NCBI GenBank assembly: GCA_009777575.1
Contig: WRLO01000001.1
Location: 15,493-79,492, forward strand
Length of the DNA stretch: 64,000 nt
DNA from: Candidatus Cloacimonadota bacterium
GTDB taxonomy: Bacteria; Cloacimonadota; Cloacimonadia; Cloacimonadales; WRIO01
Direction: 5' to 3'
The position numbers were made by a program, and so were the translations under genes. The notes under the pieces were generated by a model that was not told where the DNA came from, searched no databases, and was given only the letters and a program-made list of their open reading frames with translations. Below, in pieces: positions 16,846 through 25,369 of this stretch (position 1 is the stretch's first letter; every line of letters starts with the position of its first letter).

Positions 16846-16927
16846 TGTCAATACAATATTTTAGCATGTAAAACTATTTGGGAAAAAATTCCCAAACTTT
16901 CTTTCGTTATTTTCTCAAACTATTTAG
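16846..16927 (-). promoter_or_regulatory. Conserved upstream box R2 (AGTTTGAGAA-N13-AGTTTGGGAA, 16890..16927) plus TTGACAAAAAAGCT -35-like element (16846..16851)
   Basis: Aligns with R1 and R3. This copy also forms the hairpin TTTGGGAA-tttt-TTCCCAAA immediately after the stop of 16934..18070. Confidence 0.45.
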
Positions 16928-16933
16928 AGGTTT

Positions 16934-18070
16934 TTACCTATCAATAAAATGTTCGTTTTCAAAATTCATTAATTCATCTTGAAATTCCTCTAAGGTAGGC
17001 AAAACTGCTTTCATTTCATCAGCAAGTTCTGTATATGTAAATTTTCCAACCCCTAAAGGCCGGTTTAAACTTTCCAATGCATAATCAACAACAATATCAT
17101 CTTTGTCTTTACATAACAAAATGCCAATAGTTGGTTTATCTGTCTCATCTCTAAGTAATTTGTCTACCGTTGTAACATAAAAAACCAATTTGCCTGTAAA
17201 ATCGGGATCAAATTCCCTCATTTTTAACTCAATGACAATATAGCATTTAAGCTTTGTATGGTAAAATAACAAATCTGTCCGAAATTCCTTTGAACCTACT
17301 TTTAAAAGGTATTGTCGTCCCATGTAGGCAAAACCTTTCCCTAACTCTGTGAGAAACTGAGCCATATGTTGAATTAAAGCTTTTTCTAAATCAGTTTCTC
17401 TTACTTTGTCGGACAAACTCAGAAATTCAAAATTATATTCGTTTTTCATTATTTCGTTTGCAAGATCGCTGTCTGGTTTTGGCAGAGTTAATTTGAAATT
17501 AGTGGTGATTTTTTCTTTTCGTTTATAAAGTTCAGTTTCTATTTGGTATTCCAAAACTGCACGACTCCAATTGTTTTCGATAGTTTTTTGAACATAAAAT
17601 AATGCTTCTTTTATGGATTTGCATTTGGTAAATATCTGTATATGATGTCCCCATGAAATTTGAAAAATAGGATGCTTTTCAAATTCGTCAACAACTTGTT
17701 GACGAATTGTAACATCTTTATTTTCAATTGAATGTAATTCCACACCAAGTTTGTGTGGAATTTCGTCACCAAGTTGGTGACGATTTGAACTTTCTTGCGA
17801 GTAAAATAAGTAAAACCGTTTGCAGTATTTCAAATTGGTTTCAGAAAACCCTTTCATATCAGGAAATTCTTTTCTTAAATCATTGCTCAATCGTTCAAAA
17901 AAACCGCTACCCCATACAGAGTCCATTTGGCGGCTGACAATGTCACACCCTAAATCCCAATATAAGAGCAATAGTTCTGTGTTTACCTTTACAGCAGCTT
18001 TTATTTGACTATGCTGTATCTTATTTTTTAGATCAGCCAGCCATTTTTTATAATCATTGTCGACTTTCAT
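16934..18070 (-). CDS. DUF1016 family protein (YhcG-like, PD-(D/E)XK nuclease fold)
   Basis: 378-aa ORF with GFSETNLKYCKRFYLFY, WGHH, WSRAVLEYQI, GKGFAYMGRQY, DLLFYH...IVIELK. Confidence 0.85.
   Translation of the reverse strand: MKVDNDYKKWLADLKNKIQHSQIKAAVKVNTELLLLYWDLGCDIVSRQMDSVWGSGFFERLSNDLRKEFPDMKGFSETNLKYCKRFYLFYSQESSNRHQLGDEIPHKLGVELHSIENKDVTIRQQVVDEFEKHPIFQISWGHHIQIFTKCKSIKEALFYVQKTIENNWSRAVLEYQIETELYKRKEKITTNFKLTLPKPDSDLANEIMKNEYNFEFLSLSDKVRETDLEKALIQHMAQFLTELGKGFAYMGRQYLLKVGSKEFRTDLLFYHTKLKCYIVIELKMREFDPDFTGKLVFYVTTVDKLLRDETDKPTIGILLCKDKDDIVVDYALESLNRPLGVGKFTYTELADEMKAVLPTLEEFQDELMNFENEHFIDR
17682..17783. repeat. Cluster of palindromes embedded in frame in the intact DUF1016 gene
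   Basis: AATTCGTCAACAA-C-TTGTTGACGAATT (17682..17708), TTCAATTGAA, AATTCCACAC-caagttt-GTGTGGAATT (17736..17762), TCGTCACCAA-G-TTGGTGACGA (17763..17783). Confidence 0.9.
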
Positions 18071-18123
18071 CCTAAAACCTCGTATAAATCAATTCAGGTC
18101 AAAATTTATAAAGCAGCTTTTTT

Positions 18124-18198
18124 TGTCAACAAAAAATCGAGACTTCAAATTGAATTTATAAAATATCCCAAACTTTTTTTCGCATTTTCTCAAATTAC
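18124..18198 (-). promoter_or_regulatory. Conserved upstream box R3 (AATTTGAGAA-N12-AGTTTGGGAT, 18165..18198) plus TTGACAAAAAAAGC -35-like element (18124..18129) ahead of the DUF1016 start at 18070
   Basis: Aligns with R1 and R2. The box overlaps the TGA stop of the ORF6N gene. Confidence 0.45.
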
Positions 18199-18735
18199 AA
18201 GGGAATAAGCATCAAAAACCTGTCCTTCAAAGAATATGCCACATTTAGGCACGAGTTCTTTATTTTCAAGAGCATTAAATATCTGGTCTATCTTTTTGTC
18301 GGTTTCAATTTGCTTTTGTTCTACATTTTCTATTCGTTGGATGAAGCCTATGTTGGTGGAAATCAATTTTCGCATTGCTATAAAAGCGTTTATAATTTTA
18401 ACACTTACTTGTATAGCAATAGGTGTATGTAGTACCGCTGAGAGCATAGCGACTCCTGCTTCTGTATATGCGTGTGGATTTACTGATGAATGTTTTAGCA
18501 TTTTGAACTGGTCGCATTTTGCGACCAGTTCCTTAAATTCCCTATCATTCAATTGAAATCGATAATTATTGGGAAATCTATCTACATTTCTTTTTACTTG
18601 CTCATTTAATCTTTTAACTTTAATTCCATACATTGTTAGAAAAGAAATAAGGTTTATTTTTTTGCCACTCATCAAACCTTGAATAAAATGATTGACAAAA
18701 ACATGTAGTTGGCAAAAATGGTTAAAGATAAGCAA
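18190..18735 (-). CDS. ORF6N-domain DNA-binding protein, apparently lacking the family N-terminal strand (start uncertain: 18735, 18672 or 18633)
   Basis: YGIKVKRLNEQVKRNVDRFPNNYRFQLNDREFKEL matches the ORF6N core. The usual preceding IRGxxVMLDxDLA segment is replaced by unrelated residues. Confidence 0.7.
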   Translation of the reverse strand: MLIFNHFCQLHVFVNHFIQGLMSGKKINLISFLTMYGIKVKRLNEQVKRNVDRFPNNYRFQLNDREFKELVAKCDQFKMLKHSSVNPHAYTEAGVAMLSAVLHTPIAIQVSVKIINAFIAMRKLISTNIGFIQRIENVEQKQIETDKKIDQIFNALENKELVPKCGIFFEGQVFDAYSLVI

Positions 18736-18779
18736 ATCTATGCAAAATTAGGTAAAAAATAATAAAATGGAGGTTAATT

Positions 18780-19670
18780 ATGGATAACTTTAATAACATA
18801 CTTTATCAAGCAAGATTTCATGTCAAAACAAACTGGCTTAAAGCTATTAAAATACTTGAAGATGCCCTTGAAGAGCATCCAAATTCAGAAGAACTTCTTC
18901 TGGAAATAGCAGATATTTATCATCAAAGAGGTCTAGTAAAAAAAACTCTGCAATATTATCAAAAAGTATTTAAAATAGATGAAAGCCATCCTTTAGCAAG
19001 GTTTAGATCTGGAAACATTTATCTGGAGCTTCACGAACCCAAACTAGCAATTTATCATTATGACAAGATCAAAGAGGATTATCCAGAAGCCTTATACAAC
19101 AAGGCAATAGCATATAGAAACATGCAAAAACCGGATGAAGCTGTAAAAATTTTAAAAAATCTGGTTGAACACCCGGTAAAAATGCTCTGTGCATACAAGT
19201 ATTTAGTTGAAATACTCTTGATGTTTAGGAAATCTAAAGAAGCTTTTAAGTATATTGATGACGCTATCATGGCTTTTGGTAAATCTCCAACCACTCATTA
19301 TTTAAAAGGTCTTACTTATTCGCAAGAAAGGAATTACATCGCTGCTTATACGGAGTATCTACAAGCCGCAAAAGACGATTATGAACACCCGCATATTCAT
19401 ACTATATTGGCAAAAACTGCTGAGTTGATAGGGCTTTTACCAAACGCTTTGAGACACTTGAAAGAAGCTATCCGCTGTCATAATGTAAATTCAGGTGAAA
19501 TATATGACTTAGTAGAATTTGTTATAAGACATAATATTATTAATAACAAAGAGGAACTCACTGATCTATTGAATGAATTCGATGATATTACTATTTCTTC
19601 TATTTTAGAAACATATCAAAAAGTTCTGGATAATAAAAAGAAACATGCTAAGACAAAAAAATATTATTAA
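18780..19670 (+). CDS. TPR repeat protein
   Basis: 296-aa ORF with GGAGG RBS and repeated TPR-like helix pairs. Confidence 0.85.
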   Translation: MDNFNNILYQARFHVKTNWLKAIKILEDALEEHPNSEELLLEIADIYHQRGLVKKTLQYYQKVFKIDESHPLARFRSGNIYLELHEPKLAIYHYDKIKEDYPEALYNKAIAYRNMQKPDEAVKILKNLVEHPVKMLCAYKYLVEILLMFRKSKEAFKYIDDAIMAFGKSPTTHYLKGLTYSQERNYIAAYTEYLQAAKDDYEHPHIHTILAKTAELIGLLPNALRHLKEAIRCHNVNSGEIYDLVEFVIRHNIINNKEELTDLLNEFDDITISSILETYQKVLDNKKKHAKTKKYY

Positions 19671-19689
19671 GGAAAAAAATGGAGAATGA

Positions 19690-20484
19690 ATGGATAGTAA
19701 AAATATATGGATGATCTCGCTCTGTAAGATAGAAGACGACATGCTTTCAAATACAAATAGCGGATTTTCTACAGATATAAAGCATTCTGAAAAATATATA
19801 GAACCAATAATCAAAACTAGATCTCTTGAAAAGATTTATGACATGGGGAATATACAAGTAACGGCCTTAAAAAATATTGATATAGACATTTATCCCGGTG
19901 AATTCGTGGCTATAATGGGACCTTCTGGTAGTGGAAAATCTACGCTTATGCACATACTCGGTTGTCTTGATACTCCCACTAAAGGAAAATACTTTATTGA
20001 CGATACAGAAGTGAGCCTAATGCATAAAAACCAACTTGCTAAAATCAGAAATCAAAAGGTCGGTTTTGTTTTTCAAACATTTAATTTATTACCCCATTTA
20101 AATGTTCTAAAAAATGTTGAATTACCTCTCATGTATAGCGGTATTAAATCATCAGAAAGAACAAAAAAAGCCAAAGAAATCCTTATAAATGTAGGTTTAG
20201 AAGACAGAATGTCACACAAACCTTCCGAACTTTCTGGCGGACAGAGACAAAGAGTTGCTATAGCGAGAGCTGTGGTTACTAGACCTTCTATAATCCTTGC
20301 TGATGAACCAACAGGAAATCTTGATTCGCAGTCTGGAAATGATGTTTTAGCGATTTTTAAAGAACTTCATAACTACGGAAACACTATAATCTTAGTTACC
20401 CATGATACTCAAATAGCCAAGATTGCTCAGAGAGTTATTTATATCAAAGACGGAGAAGTAGCAGATGGCAATTTCAATGTTTGA
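19690..20484 (+). CDS. ABC transporter ATP-binding protein (MacB/LolD-type)
   Basis: Walker [10 protein letters not shown], signature LSGGQRQR, Walker B ILADEPT. The N-terminal ~35 aa are an unusual extension, so the start is uncertain. Confidence 0.9.
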   Translation: MDSKNIWMISLCKIEDDMLSNTNSGFSTDIKHSEKYIEPIIKTRSLEKIYDMGNIQVTALKNIDIDIYPGEFVAIMGPSGSGKSTLMHILGCLDTPTKGKYFIDDTEVSLMHKNQLAKIRNQKVGFVFQTFNLLPHLNVLKNVELPLMYSGIKSSERTKKAKEILINVGLEDRMSHKPSELSGGQRQRVAIARAVVTRPSIILADEPTGNLDSQSGNDVLAIFKELHNYGNTIILVTHDTQIAKIAQRVIYIKDGEVADGNFNV

Positions 20485-21694
20485 AGCTGTTAAACTAGGT
20501 GTTGTTGACTTTTGGGTGAAAAAATTAAGAAATTTAATTACTATCATCGGTATTGTCCTTGGCACTATGTCGATTATTGTAATTTTATCTATTGTCAAGG
20601 GTATGCAAGAAAGATCATTGAGTATTATCAATGAACATGGCGGGCTTAGAAGAATACAAATATTTAGAAGTTGGAGTTATCAGAATACTTTAAATTTGTC
20701 AACCACTTTTACACTTAGAGAATTTGAATTTTTGAGGGATAATATTCCAAATGTTGAAGCTATTACTACGCGTGTTGAAAGATGGGGAAGACCTATATCA
20801 AATGGTCCCAACTTGACTTTTACTCATCTTTGGGGAACATTGCCAGATGCTCAAATAATCTTGGATTGGACTGTTGAGGAAGGGAGATTTTTGCAACATT
20901 TGGATTATCGAGAGGCAAATGATGTGATAGTGCTGGGGTCTTCGATGCGTGAACAACTCTTTGGTCCCAGAAACCCTATCGGGCAATTTGTGACTATCGA
21001 GGGCAGAAGATTGCAGGTTATTGGCATAATGGAGCATAGAATTATGGATTTGGGGAATTTGAATTTCGGACAAGAAAATCCTTTAGAATGGATGAATAGA
21101 ATATCATTTATTCCGCTAAGCACGATGATTATAAAAATGGGGCATGGAGATAATCTTGATAACATTGATATTCGTGCTATTGACGAAAAACGAGCCGTAG
21201 AAATTTTGCCAGTTATTAATGAATTACTGCTGGATTTAAGAAGAGGAGAACCAGTTTTTCAAATTAATAGCCATGCAGAAAATGCTCAAAATACAGAAAT
21301 GAATATAATGTTTACGATAATTTTTTATTTTGTTAGCTCTATTTCTTTATTAGTAGGGGGAATTGTGATTATGAATATCTTGCTTGCCTCGATAAAAGAA
21401 AGAACAAGAGAAATTGGTATTAGAATAACTGTTGGGGCAAGGCAGATTGACATTTTTTTGCAATTTTTAGTCCAAGCTGTGATAATCACATTTTCTGGTG
21501 GTGTAGTAGGAGTATTCGCTGCAATGGCAATCCTTGAACCTGTTGCTGAGTTTTTAAGCATGCCTACTCTTCTTGATTTTGATACCGTGATTGTTGCTCT
21601 TTGTGTTTCTGTGGTAGTAGGGTTGTTTTTTGGCATTTATCCTGCAATAAAGGCAAGCAAACTTGATCCAGTGAAAGCATTGAGGGTAGATTGA
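20465..21694 (+). CDS. ABC transporter permease (MacB/FtsX-type)
   Basis: 409 aa with an N-terminal TM, a large periplasmic domain and a C-terminal FtsX-like three-TM bundle (ERTREIGIRITVGA). It overlaps the ATPase gene by 20 nt. Confidence 0.9.
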   Translation: MAISMFEAVKLGVVDFWVKKLRNLITIIGIVLGTMSIIVILSIVKGMQERSLSIINEHGGLRRIQIFRSWSYQNTLNLSTTFTLREFEFLRDNIPNVEAITTRVERWGRPISNGPNLTFTHLWGTLPDAQIILDWTVEEGRFLQHLDYREANDVIVLGSSMREQLFGPRNPIGQFVTIEGRRLQVIGIMEHRIMDLGNLNFGQENPLEWMNRISFIPLSTMIIKMGHGDNLDNIDIRAIDEKRAVEILPVINELLLDLRRGEPVFQINSHAENAQNTEMNIMFTIIFYFVSSISLLVGGIVIMNILLASIKERTREIGIRITVGARQIDIFLQFLVQAVIITFSGGVVGVFAAMAILEPVAEFLSMPTLLDFDTVIVALCVSVVVGLFFGIYPAIKASKLDPVKALRVD

Positions 21695-21779
21695 GCAATA
21701 ATCCCAAATAAAAACTTTGTAACGATTTATAGAAAACCTTGTTAATGTTTTATCAATAATAAAATAAAGTGAGGTCTTT

Positions 21780-22160
21780 ATGACAAAATTAAGAGAATTA
21801 TATTTATGTAAAATGTGTGGGAACCTTGTGGAAGTGGTTCAAAATCGTAATGGTGATTTGATATGTTGCGGTGAAAATATGCAGTTGTTGAAGGCAAATT
21901 CTTTTGATGCTGCAAACGAGAAACATGTCCCTGTGATTGAGGACAAAGGGGATTCTATTCTTGTCACAGTTGGCAGTGTAGAACATCCCATGACAAACGA
22001 ACATCACATCGTTTTTATTGAATGTCTTACTGAAAATCGTGTTTATCGAAAAGAACTCAAGCCGGATGAAAAACCTAGTGCCTGTTTCCCTGTAAAACGA
22101 AACGAAGTAAAAGAAATTAGGGAATTTTGTAATCTGCATATGCTCTGGAAAACTGAGTAA
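21780..22160 (+). CDS. dfx: Desulfoferrodoxin (2Fe superoxide reductase)
   Basis: N-terminal CKMCGNLVEV...CCG desulforedoxin motif. C-terminal HVPV, HPMTNEHHI and CNLHMLW. Confidence 0.92.
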   Translation: MTKLRELYLCKMCGNLVEVVQNRNGDLICCGENMQLLKANSFDAANEKHVPVIEDKGDSILVTVGSVEHPMTNEHHIVFIECLTENRVYRKELKPDEKPSACFPVKRNEVKEIREFCNLHMLWKTE

Positions 22161-22166
22161 AGGAGA

Positions 22167-22712
22167 TTGTTCTTGTCTACTTTTATTAAATCTAAAACAG
22201 CTATCAATCTTATGAAAGCCTTTGTAGGTGAATCACAAGCAAGAAATAGATATACTTTTTATGCTAGAGTGGCAAAAAAGCAGGGTTATTTTCAAATTGA
22301 AAATACTTTTAATGAAATTGCTGAAAATGAATTGGAGCATGCAAGTATTTTTTATAAGAAACTTATTAAATATGGCATTAACGATACTACATTAACCCTA
22401 ACTGAAGAAAAATGTCATGTAGCTTTGTTTGACACAACTTTAGAAAATCTAAAATTTGCTGCTGATGGGGAAAAAGCTGAATATCTTGGAACATATCCTG
22501 AATTTGCTCGAATAGCAGATGAAGAGGAATACCATGACATTGCAGATACATTTAGATTGATTGCAAAAATTGAAGAGGAGCATGAAATTAAATTTCTACA
22601 ACTCATACATAATTTGAGAGAAAACACTATTTTCATGAAAGAGGGAAAAATGTTTTGTAAATGTATGAAATGTGGATTTTTGAACGAAAATATCGAGATA
22701 AATGATGACTAA
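22167..22712 (+). CDS. Rubrerythrin-like protein with a degenerate C-terminal rubredoxin-like domain (TTG start)
   Basis: ESQARNRYTFYA, ENELEHASIF, GEKAEY and EEEHEIKF are present. The C-terminus has only one CxxC (CMKCG) and ends early compared with 22724..23317. Confidence 0.85.
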   Translation: MFLSTFIKSKTAINLMKAFVGESQARNRYTFYARVAKKQGYFQIENTFNEIAENELEHASIFYKKLIKYGINDTTLTLTEEKCHVALFDTTLENLKFAADGEKAEYLGTYPEFARIADEEEYHDIADTFRLIAKIEEEHEIKFLQLIHNLRENTIFMKEGKMFCKCMKCGFLNENIEINDD

Positions 22713-22723
22713 AGGAGTAATAT

Positions 22724-23317
22724 ATGTCAGATTTTAAAAATTCAAAAACAGCATTAAACCTTATGAAAGCATTTGCTGGAGAATCGCAAGCTCGTATGAG
22801 GTATACTTACTACGCAAAAGTAGCTGCAAAACAAGGTTATCATCAGATTGCCAATATCTTTATGGAAACTGCTGATAATGAAAAAGAACATGCTAAAATC
22901 TTTTATAAAAAGCTTTTAGAACATGGTATGAATGAAGAAGTGATTATTCTCAATGATGCCGGTTATCCAGTGGCATTATCAGAGGATACTCAGAAAAATC
23001 TTCAATACGCCGCTAGTGGAGAAAAAGAAGAATGGAGTGAACTCTACCCTCAATTTGCCGATATTGCAGAAGCTGAAGGATTCAAAGATGTTGCTTCTTC
23101 TTTTAGATTGATCGCAAAAGTAGAAGAAAAGCACGAGAAAAGATATAGTAAATTAGCTCAAAACCTGAAAGATAATACTGTCTTTAAAAAAGATGGAAAA
23201 GTAGGTTGGAAATGCCTTAATTGTGGTTTTGTTGTTGATAATGATCATGCTCCAGATGAATGTCCAGCTTGTAAACACCCAAAAGCTTATTTTGAAGTTT
23301 TAGCTGAAAATTATTAG
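22724..23317 (+). CDS. rbr: Rubrerythrin
   Basis: ESQARMRYTYYA, NEKEHAKIF, GEKEEW, EEKHEKRY and a complete C-terminal CLNCG...CPACK. Confidence 0.93.
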   Translation: MSDFKNSKTALNLMKAFAGESQARMRYTYYAKVAAKQGYHQIANIFMETADNEKEHAKIFYKKLLEHGMNEEVIILNDAGYPVALSEDTQKNLQYAASGEKEEWSELYPQFADIAEAEGFKDVASSFRLIAKVEEKHEKRYSKLAQNLKDNTVFKKDGKVGWKCLNCGFVVDNDHAPDECPACKHPKAYFEVLAENY

Positions 23318-23427
23318 TGATAGTATCATCAAATTTTACAGACATTTACTTTGGTCTGAAAAAATTAGATGAAAGCTAAGGGTAAACCCTTGGACTATAA
23401 AACATTCTCAATAAAAGTGAGGAAATT

Positions 23428-23568
23428 ATGGAAAAATTTGAATGTGATGCTTGCGGATATATTTATGACCCCAAAGAACACGACAATGTAGAATTTAAAG
23501 ATTTACCAGAAGATTGGACTTGCCCTGTCTGTGGAGTAGGTAAAGACTTATTCTCAGTAGTAGATTAA
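23428..23568 (+). CDS. Rubredoxin (46 aa, below the ORF-track size cutoff)
   Basis: Hand translation [53 protein letters not shown]. Motifs CxxCGY...WxCPxCG. Confidence 0.9.
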   Translation: MEKFECDACGYIYDPKEHDNVEFKDLPEDWTCPVCGVGKDLFSVVD

Positions 23569-23592
23569 TACTATAATTTGTTTGATGTTTTA

Positions 23593-23620
23593 AAAGCCGT
23601 TCTTTGAAACGGCTTTTTTT
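23593..23620 (+). terminator. Rho-independent terminator after rubredoxin (usable from both strands)
   Basis: AAGCCGTT-ctttga-AACGGCTT followed by T7. The complementary strand reads the same stem followed by TTTT. Confidence 0.8.
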
Positions 23621-23742
23621 GATGGGGGATGTTCATACTACTAGAAGCTGTCTCATAATTGATCCCTCTCCGAAAAGTCGTTTGCGTAGAGATGTTAGCT
23701 CTGTAGAAAGCAATATATGCACCATGTTGTATCTTGTAGGGA

Positions 23743-23758
23743 TGCAAAAAATGTGCCA
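23743..23758 (-). promoter_or_regulatory. Orphan sigma-54-type -24/-12 element (TGGCAC-ATTTT-TTGCA) on the minus strand
   Basis: Reverse complement of gatgcaaaaaatgtgccaat gives TTGGCACATTTTTTGCATC. GG and GC are separated by exactly 10 nt, as in the consensus. Confidence 0.4.
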
Positions 23759-23764
23759 ATAGCT

Positions 23765-23842
23765 TGGTTACATCCCTACGGGATGCGGTTTTGTGTTTTA
23801 CATCATTTTCTACCTAGCTTCACATACCTTCGGCATGTGCAT
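23765..23842 (-). repeat. Short intergenic repeat (family 2, copy B), inverted relative to 2411..2490
   Basis: Hairpins CATCCC-tac-GGGATG (23771..23785) and CACATACC-ttc-GGCATGTG (23821..23839). The alignment is described under copy A. Confidence 0.7.
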
Positions 23843-24094
23843 AGTATGTTAACAATTAATTAAAGCCTACTGAACAACAGCAATTTTTCCAATTAGCCAA
23901 TTATTGCCGATTTCACTTAATCAGCACCTGCAAAAGTAATCTGATAAATCTCAATATTTCTATTGAAAGCTGACATTCGATTGGCAAAAGATGGCTCATA
24001 AAGGGTTAACTCAATTTCCATACTTGAAAAAGTTGTAAATAACTTCGTATATAAAATCCTCGATCCCGATAAAACAAAAAAAATGATTGAAACT

Positions 24095-25366
24095 CTATTG
24101 AGAATCTTTCGCAACCTTTATAGCACAAAGTTTACCACACATAGTGCACTCATCAAGATCAGGACTTGTCTCATATTTTCTTTTTAAGGCATTTTCTGGA
24201 TCAAGGCATAAATTGCAAGCTTTTTTCCAATCAAAAGCAGCTCTAGCTTTTGAGATTTCGAGGTCTTCGCAGTGATATTTTTTATTATTCCTTGCTAAAT
24301 CAGCTGCCCTTGCAGCAATTTTGAAAGCTATGACTCCTTGTTTTACATCTTCTATAGTAGGTAAGCACAAATGCTCAGCAGGAGTTACATAACAGAGAAA
24401 ATCAGCACCTGCACTTGCAGCTAATGTTGCTCCTATAGCACCAGCTATATGATCATATCCAGCAGCATTGTCAATAGGAATAGGTCCTAAAACATAAAAT
24501 GGAGCATTCAAACATAGAGCTTTTTGTAGCTTTATATTCATTTCAATTTCATGATATGGAACATGTCCAGGGCCTTCTACCATGACCTGCACACCTTCTT
24601 GTTTGCATTTTTTTACCAACTCTCCCAAAGTTTGAAGTTCTGCAAATTGAGCAGGATCACTGGCATCAGCAAGACAACCAGGTCTGAGAGCATCACCTAA
24701 ACTAAGCGTGATATCATATTTTTTTGCTATCTTTAGAATGTCATCAAATCTATCATAGAGTGGATTTTCTTTTTTATGATAAGCCATCCAATTTTTTAAT
24801 ATACTACCACCTCGACTTACAATGCCTAGCACACGAGGATTATTTTTGAGAGTATCTACATTTTTTTCAGTTAAACCACAATGTAGAGTCATAAAATCGA
24901 CACCTTGAATTGCTTGATTTTCAATTTCATCAAACAATTGTTGAGGTAACATCTCAGAAATATCTTTATTTTTTGAAAATAAATCTGATATGACCGAATA
25001 AATAGGAACGGTGCCAAAAGAGACTGAACATTCTTTGAGTAGAGCTTTTCTGATTGAATTGAGGTCTCCACCAGTGGACAAATCCATTATGGCATCAGCA
25101 CCAAATTTAATTGCAGTTTTCATCTTTAAAATCTCTTTATCAATAGAGATGCAATGTTCAGAAGTGCCTATATTTGCATTTATTTTTACAGACATTTCTT
25201 TGCCGATAGCTTTAAAATCAAATTTTCTATTCACATTTGCAGGAATTACAATTTCTCCTTTTTCGAGTCTATCCATGAGTATATTAATCTCAATTTTTTC
25301 AAAATTTGCTACATGAATCATATGTTCTGTAGTAAGCTTGTTTTTTGCTTTTAACCATTGTGTCAT
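24095..25366 (-). CDS. thiC: Phosphomethylpyrimidine synthase
   Basis: 423 aa with GDALRPGCLADASD, VMVEGPGHVP and a C-terminal CTMCGKLCA cluster motif. Confidence 0.95.
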   Translation of the reverse strand: MTQWLKAKNKLTTEHMIHVANFEKIEINILMDRLEKGEIVIPANVNRKFDFKAIGKEMSVKINANIGTSEHCISIDKEILKMKTAIKFGADAIMDLSTGGDLNSIRKALLKECSVSFGTVPIYSVISDLFSKNKDISEMLPQQLFDEIENQAIQGVDFMTLHCGLTEKNVDTLKNNPRVLGIVSRGGSILKNWMAYHKKENPLYDRFDDILKIAKKYDITLSLGDALRPGCLADASDPAQFAELQTLGELVKKCKQEGVQVMVEGPGHVPYHEIEMNIKLQKALCLNAPFYVLGPIPIDNAAGYDHIAGAIGATLAASAGADFLCYVTPAEHLCLPTIEDVKQGVIAFKIAARAADLARNNKKYHCEDLEISKARAAFDWKKACNLCLDPENALKRKYETSPDLDECTMCGKLCAIKVAKDSQ

Positions 25367-25369
25367 TTT

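Noticed and set aside
16846-16927. Integron-like attC sites between accessory gene cassettes.
   Set aside because: No integron integrase is present and there are no GTTRRRY-type core sites at the boundaries. Only one of the three copies forms a hairpin. Direct-repeat half-sites upstream of a -35 hexamer fit a regulatory box better.
23571-23759. A 62-aa minus-strand ORF in the repeat-rich spacer.
   Set aside because: Its ATG is part of the TGGCAC sigma-54-like motif. It has no RBS, its composition is odd, and it runs through the rubredoxin terminator hairpin. It is more likely non-coding.
23917-24114. A 65-aa minus-strand ORF overlapping the 3-prime end of thiC.
   Set aside because: It has no RBS and no recognisable family. 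The start lies inside thiC. It might be real but is unsupported.
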